From the NCBI RefSeq assembly GCF_001194135.2, contig NC_068984.1, positions 53,063,760 through 53,098,041 of the forward strand: a stretch of DNA of 34,282 nt, given 5' to 3'. Shown here piece by piece: positions 24,267 through 33,486 of this stretch; position 1 is the first letter of the stretch, and each line of letters starts with the position of its first letter. The position numbers and the translations under genes were made by a program. Source of the stretch: Octopus bimaculoides. Its lineage: Eukaryota. Below the pieces are notes generated by a model. That model searched no databases, was not told the origin of the DNA, and was given only the letters and a program-made list of their open reading frames with translations.

Positions 24267-25888
24267 ACTTTTACAGGAGTAATAACTTGTCCTGCACTTT
24301 TCCATGTAATCCATGATTTTTCCAGGCATTGCTGTTATAAGATAATTAATAATGTGTCAATTAATAATTTAAGATTTTACCTTATAAAATACTGAAAGAT
24401 ATTTCAATTTTTCCATGTAAGTGATGATAATATTTCAATTTTTTTCATGTTTAATTTAAATATATGTTGTGATTGAATTATCTGATATTACCCATTTACA
24501 CCAAATTAATGGCAGGGATTTTTACTATGTTGTTGGTTGCACCATGGCTCACCAAAAGTTACAAACAACAAGACCCCAAAACCAGCAGTTACCAAGCTCA
24601 CCTTAAGTAACTTAATTTTGCAATATTAGGAGGTCACAGGAATTCATTCAATGAAAAAAAAAAAAAAATTCCAATGATTCTGGGATTGGGCAAAATTTTT
24701 TTGAACCAAAATAAGGGATTTGCAGCATATTAGGAGGTCAGGGTACTTGATTCCATGCAAAAAATCAAATTTTTTTTTTTTTTTTTCTTAGTGAAAATTG
24801 TGCAGGCATTAATATAGAAATTTACCATAATGTTGTTGTTATTTAGCCTCAGATCAACCCTGATACTGCAAACCTCTCATCAAAGACATTCCAGCTTTCA
24901 GCAAGACGTCTTTTTAGGGATAATCTAGGACATTACGTGCAATGGGCGTGTGATTTAAGTAGGAAGATACTTTGGCTGCTATTTTTAGCATGTTGAGCAA
25001 CCAGATAGAGGCCCTTTCATTGGTTCGATTGCGTGATGAGATTTTTTTACACATATATGTAATATGTATATATATCAGCAGAAGTTAGAGAGTGAGTCAA
25101 AAGCTGAGAGTTTCGTGTATTGGTACTTATCAAACATGAATTTGGCCATTGGCTACCCTGTAACTTCTTATGAAATAACTTCTAAAATACAAAATTTTGT
25201 CAAAAACATTAAGAGTAAACCCTGTTCTATGTGATACATTCTACCAGTATCGGAAGTTTTAAAGTGTTTAGTTAAAAAAAATTAATTAAATAATCTTTAC
25301 ATCAAACTGAATAGATCTGAAATGGATAAAAAGCAAAGTCAGCCGTGGCGGAATTTGAACTCAGAATGTAAAGACAGACATAATACCGCTAAGAATTTTG
25401 CCCAGCATGCTAATGTTTCTGCCAGCTCGCCACCTCAGAATGTAAACATTCATTTCAGAAATATATTCTTACTGCTTGGGGCGTTACTCCCTTACTTATT
25501 TTTCCATTTCATGACATTTTACCTCATAACTATTTTTCTACTAATTTTTGTTCAATGTGACTAATGATTTTGAATTCCTCATGCATTTTTCTATCATTTA
25601 AGCCTATATTTTATCTTAAAATTAAAAAAATTATGTTAATTGAAGATGAATACCTGCCTTACTGCCCAACTTGAGTTCTAACATATTTTGATGTAACTTT
25701 TTTTCTACTTAACCAAATCTCAAACTATTTATGCCAAAGTGTAACTGAGGAGGTGTCCTCTTTAAAACTGTTAACAGTTTGCAATTGATGAAATAATGAA
25801 CTTAAGAATATATTCAACCACTACCGTTATACATACACACACATCACCTCAACACACTGAATAAGAAAATTACTACTACTCCACATAC

Positions 25889-25909
25889 CTTCAGTTTCCT
25901 TAGCAATTG
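25889..25909 (-). CDS. PROM1-like: 21-nt symmetric (phase 1-1) microexon of the prominin-like gene, encoding (A)IAKETE(+G)
   Basis: Minus strand reads gtttgttttttgttttctcactcaatgttttAG|caattgctaaggaaactgaag|GTATGT. It has a long pyrimidine tract, TAG acceptor, AAG|GTATGT donor, length divisible by 3, and an open frame in the phase left by the previous exon. Confidence 0.62.
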
Positions 25910-26401
25910 CTAAAACATTGAGTGAGAAAACAAAAAACAAACAATATCAACCCATGAGAGATTGTCACTGAGGAAGATCATTTATAGAGTAGACAATTAT
26001 AAACTCTAATCACAAGGTATTTGATGGATGTAGTTGTAGTTAGTACTGAAATAAATTTTCCTTAATTATTTTAATTATTAAGTTACCATCTTGTCACTAT
26101 TATAAACTTGACAGAGAAAATGATAGAGCATTTACATGGTTGTTTGGCCTGCCAGAAATAGTCAATTTCCCTTATATCATACACCCACTGCTTTAAAAAA
26201 AAAGTATCCTTAAAATGATAGGTTGATCAAATCTACCTTTGACTAAGTTTATTTGGACCTGAAGCTAAACATCAAACAACAAATTTTTCTTTTTTGTTTT
26301 AAATTAAATTAAATGCAGAAATAAATCAAATTCATTGAATTTAATTTATTTCTGCACCACTCACTTAACCATTTCCTTGCCGGCAATACCCTCAGTGATT
26401 A

Positions 26402-26620
26402 AGGTAGCAATCTGGCAGAATTGTTAGCATGCCGGGCAAAATGCTTAGCAACATTTCATCTGTCTTTATATTCTGAATTCAAATTCTGCTGAAGTTGGCT
26501 TTGCCTTTCATCCTTTCAGGGATGATAAAATAAGTGCCAGTTGAGCATTGGGGGTCAATGTAATCGACTTAGCCCCTTCCCAGGAAATGCTGGCCTGGTG
26601 CCAAAATTTGAAACCAATAT
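26402..26620 (+). mobile_element. tRNA-derived SINE family C
   Basis: ctggcagaattgttagcatgccgggc...gaattcaaattctgc...gctttgcctttcatcctttcagggatgataaaataagtgccag...gtgccaaaatttgaaacc. Partial reverse copies at about 25321-25430 and 32563-32766. Confidence 0.8.
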
Positions 26621-27064
26621 TCTCAGTGATTATAAATCTCCTCTGCCCACTATTCCTGGAGGTGTTATGGTAAGTAGAGAATCATTAGGGCCCCCTCCTC
26701 TGTAGGTTCCTATCAGAAGCAACAGTCATTACATTTTCCAGTTGTATTCTCAAGTGTGATCAACTGAGATTAAAGATATTATTTAAGCATCTCATTCTTG
26801 GTCTACAGCTGTTTTGAGATTCTTTCCTGTGACATTCTAATCACATGTTCATAGTACTATAATCTCTCAATGTAGACAATTAGCTCAACTTGGAGAGACT
26901 CCTTGATCTCCAAGTTACACATCCTATTAAGTAATGTTATTCTACGAATCTTTCAGAGGAATCCCATTTCGGCTGCTTGTATTTGCGATTGTACTCTTTA
27001 GGTCATTACCTAACATTCATAAGTAGAGGCAAGAATAGACATGAAAACTGAATTGAAGACATTA

Positions 27065-27091
<27 letters not shown>

Positions 27092-27097
<6 letters not shown>

Positions 27098-27219
27098 CTT
27101 AGTCTCTTCTCTTCTGAAGAGAGAAAGATGGTGCATTACGGTGCCAGCATCTATAATTCTAGCATCCAATTCAGCCTCCTGCTTCCCATCACTCATGAAT
27201 ATGACCACAAGATACTTAG

Positions 27220-27225
<6 letters not shown>
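27092..27225 (-). mobile_element. Short RTE-LINE fragment
   Basis: SKYLVVIFMSDGKQEAELDARIIDAGTVMHHL resembles the post-RT 'FKYLG...SDG...E...RI..A' motif. Confidence 0.6.
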
Positions 27226-27267
<42 letters not shown>

Positions 27268-27489
27268 TGTATTCCTTATCAAAATTCAACTCGTAGCTGA
27301 TTTTTCAATCAGCAATCTGATAGTTTGATAACTTTTGTCTATACTGAAAGTAGGAATCTTCAAGAAATCAACAGTGAATTGTTACACTCACAACAAACAG
27401 CTACAACTGAAATTAATTAAACATTCAAGAAGATACATGTGGTCTTGAGAGATACAATGGCTATAACTAGAAAGACTTGTCAGTCTGCC

Positions 27490-28080
27490 TCATGTTCCTG
27501 GTGGACAAAATGGAAAAAGTATTGCCCCAAGGCTGGCAAAGGAGATGCACTGGAACAACCACTCTGACCCACGAGGCTCACACTTGCAGATAGCCATCTC
27601 TGTGCCCTGATAGCAATGAGTAGAGATGTAGCCTGGTGGAGGTGGTGATGGGGCAAGAATGCTGGAAGTCTCCATTGCCACAGGCTCGCCCAGAAATCTG
27701 TCAGACAGTGGCAGGTACTCTAACAGTTTGCTCCTTTCAGAGCAAGCAGGCTGGCAGTTGAACACAGTAGATTGCAGTAGGAGAAGGTGTCACAATATGT
27801 GGAATCCCAGATGAGGGGGCCTACCACCACAGAACAGGAAAACTGTCATGTTGTCTGGCCTTTTACTGTCCTCTCTGCCCAGCCTTGCTGGCTTGAGCTG
27901 GGAGGGAAGTCTGCAGCTTCTCGGCTATGCTCTATGATCTCATTGAGAGCAGCATGAAGTAGAAGGTGGACAGCACGACAATGGCAGGACAGAGGTTGAA
28001 AGAATCCAGTGAATCTTCAGCAGCATTTGCGAGGTTTACATTGAGTCCATAACAGAGCTTTTACAAGCTCATCCACTTGA
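27490..28080 (-). mobile_element. CRE-type non-LTR retrotransposon fossil: CCHC knuckle plus restriction-like endonuclease (RLE)
   Basis: Frameshifted translation ...QPLSCHCRAVHLLLHAALNEIIEHS.../QLKPARLGREDSKRPDNMTVFLFCGGRP/LIWDSTYCDTFS/...ERSKLLEYLPLSDRFLGEPVAMETSSILAP...EPRGSEWLFQCIS. It shows the RPD...D...KxxY motif and the PVAxETxG and EPRE..LFQRIS-like C-terminal motifs of CRE elements. Confidence 0.75.
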
Positions 28081-29029
28081 GTGAGTAGAAATAGCAATTA
28101 AAACTTTCTCAAATCATAACAATGTAATCCTATAGATAAGTAACTGAATCTTCATTAGTTTTGACAATGAGCAATGCCATCTCAACATATGGGCATAGTG
28201 GGTAGTGGGGGTCTCACGGGCCTATGTATACTAGTGGTTTGCTATCAAGTAATAAATATTATAAGACACCATGCATTGATTTGCTCAGGAGCCTAAAGTG
28301 CTGTTAAGATGGTTTCTGATGATGAGTATTCAGTTGCTCAACCAACTGAACTATCTGCTTATTGAATTAGTTTGTGACTGATTGAACATTCTACAGATAC
28401 ACACACACACACCTTTAGCATAATCAAGTAAAAAGTGACAAGGCTGGATCTTTAAAATAATGGTATAACCCAATGAACAGGCTTCCACACAGTTTCCATC
28501 TATCTAATTTCACTTTCAAGGCATGTAGCAACTCAAAGATATAGGGTAAAAGACATCTGCCTAAAATGCTATAAAGTGGGATCGAATTTGAGACCTAGTG
28601 GTTGAAAAGTGAACTGCTTAACCATTCACCCAACAATATGGCCCTAGCTGCAATGCCTTTTATGAATCTGCTCAACAAGTGCTAAACAACAATATTTTAT
28701 TTTTCCCACATGAGAAATAATATTTATATCCAAGTTTATAGATTCTTTCCTTGACATAAAGGAACACACTTCAATTTTAAACTTATCAGATTTGAGGTTG
28801 TTTCCAGAAAGCTTCATTCATTTTCTTAATCCAAGAAGTTCAACATCTAACAATGACAAATGGATGTTCCACTTGATCCGTAGCCTTTTCTGTGTCATCG
28901 CAGTCACCTGGATTCCATAAAGCTATTCTTCTATATGATATACCTACTTTTCTAGCTTCTCAGCCTGAGAAACAGTAAATGTAATTACCTGATCAACGAC
29001 CGGTATTACTGCTAATATATTATATATAT

Positions 29030-29225
29030 GCTTGTGTGTCGGTGTTTGTCCCCGCCACCAACGCTTGACAACTGATGGTAGAGTGTTTACGTCCCTGTAA
29101 CTTAACGGTTCGCCAAAATGGACAGATAGAATAAATACTAGGCTTACAAAGAATAAATTTGTTCAACTAAAGGTGGTACTCCACTATGGCCGCAGTCAAA
29201 TGACAAGCAAGTAAAAGAATAAAAG
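29030..29225 (+). mobile_element. SINE family A, 3' half, CpG-retaining
   Basis: cggtgtttgtccccgccaccaacgcttgacaac...aacggttcgccaaaa...atggccgcagtcaaatgac...gtaaaagaataaaag. Confidence 0.8.
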
Positions 29226-30258
29226 TGTGTGTGCATATATATATATATATATATATAATTAAATTAAATTTTCACTTGTCTTGCCCGTATACGTTTTGTT
29301 GCTTCGCTAAATTTTCTTAGAGAACAATTCGGTCTTAGTAGACGCATTACATGTNNNNNNNNNNTATATATATATATATATATATATATATTCAGAGAGA
29401 GACAGACAGAGAGTGTGTGTGTGTGTGTGTGTATGTGTCTATATTTCTGTGCCAAATACATGCGAATGTGCACAATAAACTAAAAAGGAAAACAAGCCAA
29501 ACAGCGGAGTCTCTTACACGGACGACAAAATTACTAGAAATATCAGCGAAACAAACTCTGAATAACACTACCATCTTAGTAAGGAAATAACGGCCAGTGC
29601 GAATCCGAGTGCTCTAAAGCAAAAGAAGGTGAGATGGTCACGGCAGGAATGCTTTTGATAACAGGACTGATCAATCAGAGCCGACTTAGGAGTGGGTGAT
29701 GGCTAAACAACTAAAAAGGAAAGGAAATTCGATTCTAGAATGTTTGTAGGTGTTGGAAAGAAGATATATTTCTCACAGAAATACAGGAAGAAAGATGAAA
29801 TATTTCTCGTCAAAGCGACAAATAAGACAAATGGAAGTAAAATATAGACTAATGATTAATGATTTCCTTCGCCTGTTGCGAAAATGAAAATTGGTTGGTT
29901 CGTTGGTGCAATGTTGTTGATTCCTCAGTAATTACAGGATAGTATATCTACAAGAAGCTAGATCGATCGATCCGATGGCATAGCTGTTGAATTTGAAGTA
30001 GAGAAAGTAATCGAAGAAAAGGAACAGTGACGGAGGTGGGGAGTGTTCGGTATATTGCATATTCCAAAATAAACAAACAATGTCAGCCATCTGCCAAAGT
30101 GTGTGTGCATGTGGGTGGGTGTATACGTGTGTGTGTGTCGCTCAGGTCTAATGTAATATGATAAGTCAATTACACGAAGATAACAGCTAAAAATATTCAA
30201 ACAGCATGATATAATTCTGTATCCTAAAACTCTCAGGTTTACCGTTATGCAGAACAGA

Positions 30259-30315
<57 letters not shown>

Positions 30316-30785
30316 CGTGTTGTTACAGCTACGTGAAAATATATACCTCGCAGCAATACAAGGCCATGTACAAGAAATATGCTGTTCTTCCAAGAACATG
30401 TTATTAAATATTTACAGCACAACTTAGGACAACTAAAGGCTTAATTTAGCGGGTAAAAATAATGAAAACAATTTGGAATTTGGAAGCAGCCATGGTATTC
30501 ACCAGGACTGATTATTGAGGGGTTGTAGTATTTATAACATAAATTGCTGCGTGAGAATTTGAAACATTGTCGAATCAAATCATTAACTTCAGTAACGGTG
30601 TTAATAACTGGGTTTCTTTTCACTCCTTTTGTTCGTTTAGTACAGTTATGTTTCTTATTTGCATTTAAAGTATTTGAGTATTTTAAAACTGATAATAAAA
30701 TAGGGAGGCAGTGCTTCTCATCATTTTCGCAGCTATGCAATAACTGTATTTACAACACACAACAAATGAAAATGTGGGATCTTAC

Positions 30786-31005
30786 CGTATTTTTCATATA
30801 TTTTATGAGGTTGTATAACTTCCAGAAACTGTTTTGTCATAATAAAGAGAAAACTCATTCCTTTCTCCATGGATTTTTCCTCATTTCGATGCTGTTCAGT
30901 AGAATTCTGTGCGAATGAATGGTCAACAAGTGAAAAAGGTATTAAGATCCATAACAATAACACGGAACATGGAACTGCAACCGATTTTATTCCTTTTCTC
31001 TCCAT
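30786..31005 (-). CDS. PROM1-like: First coding exon of a prominin-family (prominin-1/CD133-like) glycoprotein
   Basis: ATG at 31005 in good context (gaaaaATGG). Translation MERKGIKSVAVPCSVLLLWILIPFSLVDHSFAQNSTEQHRNEEKSMEKGMSFLFIMTKQFLEVIQPHKIYEKY+G: hydrophobic signal peptide, NST sequon, then GMSFLFIMTKQFLEVIQP, which resembles the prominin N-terminal motif (human PROM1 GPIGILFELVHIFLYVVQP, from recall). Canonical donor G|GTAAGA at 30786/30785 (phase 1). Upstream acceptor ttattattatttatAG at 31052-31051 gives a 45-nt ATG-free UTR (exon 31050-30786). The track ORF 30733..31005 reads through the donor into the intron. Confidence 0.78.
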
Positions 31006-31055
31006 TTTTCTTCCAGATGGAATGTATTATAGAATCCTTGTATTTAAAACCTATA

Positions 31056-31087
<32 letters not shown>

Positions 31088-31093
31088 TGATGA

Positions 31094-31104
31094 TAATCCA
31101 ATTA
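31094..31104. promoter_or_regulatory. P3/RCSI-type paired homeodomain site TAATCCAATTA (includes K50 Otx site TAATCC)
   Basis: Matches TAATYNRATTN on both strands and lies about 45 bp upstream of the acceptor of the first coding exon. It could occur by chance in AT-rich DNA. Confidence 0.3.
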
Positions 31105-31220
31105 AAACTAAAGGCATAATATAAAAATATTTCATTTATCAAAATTGTTTTAGTTAATTATGTGTTCTTTTTTTTTTACTGCGCTGATATGGAAGACAGA
31201 ATATTTGCAAAATGGGAGTT

Positions 31221-31363
31221 ATATATATGTATGTATGTATTCCAATATATATGTATGTATGTATTCCAATATATATGTATGTATGTATTCCAATATATAT
31301 ATGTATGTATTCCAATATATATATGTATGTATTCCAATATATATATGTATGTATTCCAATATA
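31221..31363. repeat. Minisatellite, 20-24-nt unit (atatatatgtatgtatgtattcca), in prominin intron 1
   Basis: About six tandem units ending in attcca, running into a 10-N gap and (TA)n. Degenerate units continue to about 31605. Confidence 0.9.
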
Positions 31364-31373
31364 NNNNNNNNNN

Positions 31374-31424
<51 letters not shown>

Positions 31425-31695
31425 TCAAACATATATATACACACACAATATATATATTCCAACTCATATATTATATAAATATATATATATGTATGTATGT
31501 GTGTGTATATATATAAGTATATACACACACACAACTATATATTCCAATTCATATACATACACGCATCTATATATTCCAATTCATATATATATATATATAT
31601 ATATGAATTGGAATCTTCAGTAAAAACGAAAAGTTACAATTTGAATATACATAAAAGTTTAAAACTTTACAAGAGAAAGACGAGTAACTAGCTAC

Positions 31696-31790
31696 CTTTG
31701 TTTGTAGTATGTGTATAATTTACTAGAGAAGCACCTGCTGTTAGCTCTGCTAGCGATGAAATGAAGAAGAATAACACAAGGATTCCCTTT
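31696..31790 (-). other. Probable non-coding exon 1 of the prominin-like gene (TSS not resolved)
   Basis: Lies directly downstream (minus strand) of the promoter motif cluster, contains no ATG, and ends at a donor-like caaaG|GTAGCT at 31696/31695. The 5' boundary is a guess. Confidence 0.35.
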
Positions 31791-31797
31791 AGAAATT

Positions 31798-31841
31798 GTG
31801 ACGTCACTACCAGTCGCCCCGCCCAGAAATACTTTCACGTG
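31798..31841. promoter_or_regulatory. Promoter motif cluster: CRE, GC box, E-box
   Basis: GTGACGTCAC palindrome (31798-31807, containing TGACGTCA), CGCCCCGCCC (31815-31824) and CACGTG (31836-31841), all within 44 bp of CpG-retaining DNA about 800 bp upstream of the ATG. Confidence 0.6.
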
Positions 31842-32562
31842 TATTCGAGGAGTGTCGAAAGGAGTAAAAATAAATGAATGAATAAATAAATAAGTAAAAA
31901 TACAGGAAATGAAGTTGGAGAAAGTGCCGCCTGCGCCCTTATGTCGTTACTGTACAAAAAAGACAAGTATAAAGATGTGTAGTACAAAAATTTACTTAAC
32001 TCGATGGCTTTTCTTAATAATGAATGAGAAGGTATTGGTTTACAAATCTGTCGAACTGTCTCTCACAACATATGTTAACGGGGAAAACAAAGCTTCATTA
32101 AATGTATTTCACTGATTCTCTTTTAAAAATCATAAACTAACTCCAGTACACGACTCTCAAATTTTGTGTTGTGTGTATGTGTGTGTGCGTAAGAAGGGGA
32201 TGTTCATTTTTTAAGTGTTTTATTATTTAAAAACATACAAAATATTTTCCTATCTGCAGTCACATAATTTAGAAATATCACTTATATACTAAATCCAAAT
32301 CGGTTGCCCGTATGCACACTTCTCCAATAAATCCGTGGCCTTGTACCAATTTTAAAAAATCAATATATTATTTAGAAATATGATACGTATCGATTTCTTT
32401 TGACTTGGTATAATTTTTGAAAAATAATACGGTACATTACTGGTACTTATTTTACCATTCGAACATAAATGAAAAACTGAATTAAGCTAGCAAGATTTGA
32501 ACCCACAAACTAGAGGTTGAGACAAAGACTGTTAGGCATTTTCATTTAAATATCATAAATAA

Positions 32563-32766
32563 TTGTTTCCAATTTGGGCACAAGGCCAGCAATTTTAGGA
32601 GACAGGACAAATCAATTACATCGAACACTGGTATTTATTGTATCGACCCCAAGGGATGAAAAGCAAAGTCAATGTCGCTGGAATTTGAACCCAAAACGTA
32701 AAGCTGGAAGAAACAATACTAAGTATTTTGTCCGGCATGTTAACGATTCTGCCGGCTCACAACCTT
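32563..32766 (-). mobile_element. tRNA-derived SINE family C
   Basis: Reverse of the 26402-26620 consensus (tcgacccc..gggatgaaaagcaaagtc...ggaatttgaacc...ccggcatgttaacgattctgccggctc). CpGs retained. Confidence 0.8.
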
Positions 32767-32869
32767 AAATACCACAATAAAAAGTTAAAGTAATCGATAT
32801 TTTAAAAGTGGTTTACTACTGAAATACAAGACATTTTTATTTTATTTTGTTTTATATTTTTTTTTTATG

Positions 32870-33130
32870 ATCAAATCGACCCGGTACAATTTTTTTTTTA
32901 ACGTCTGGTACTTATTAAAACAGTATCTTGCTGAACCGCTATATTACGGGAACGAAAACAAACAACACCAGTGGGACACATACACAGCACATATTTATAT
33001 ATGTAAATATTGCTCCCTACCACCTGGTTCTGAGTTTAGTCCCACAGCACAGTACCTTGGGCAAAAGTCTACTAAAGCCTAAGGCTCACAAAAGCCTTGT
33101 GAATGTATTTGGTACATGAAAATAGAAAGA
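32870..33130. mobile_element. SINE family A fragments (3' half on minus, 5' half on plus)
   Basis: About 32870-32985 is a reverse tail (tcaaatcgaccc...ggtacttatt...gctgaaccgct). About 33010-33130 is a forward head (cctggttctgagtttagtcccac...accttgggcaa...aaagccttgtga). Confidence 0.55.
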
Positions 33131-33254
33131 AACCCATCACACGTGCACACATAGACGTATACATAAATATGAAATAAAGAGATCAAGAGCTAGGAAGAAA
33201 GTTAGCAATACAACTTTCAGGGACAATACTGGAGAATTGTGGGGCAAGGTTGTG

Positions 33255-33486
33255 GATATATATATATATATATATATATANNNNNNNNNNNNNNNNNNNN
33301 NNNNNNNNNNNNNNNNNNNNNNNNNNNNNNNNNNNNNNNNNNNNATATACATACATATATATACATACACATATGTATACATGTATATATATATATATAT
33401 ATGTACATATATATATATATATACATACATATATATATGCATACATATATATATACATACATATATATATGTATATATATATACAT
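33255..33486. repeat. (TA)n/(TACA)n microsatellite with N gap
   Basis: Direct observation. It is the source of the spurious YIYI ORFs. Confidence 0.95.

Noticed and set aside
31154-31691. Cluster of long YIYI/MYVC ORFs (also 33137-33536, 29264-29590, 29958-30422)
   Set aside because: Stop-poor translations of TA/TG/CA microsatellites and the minisatellite.
33185-33256. Short segment translating ELGRKL.../RDNTGELWG, faintly like a CRE C-terminus
   Set aside because: Too short and degenerate to assign.
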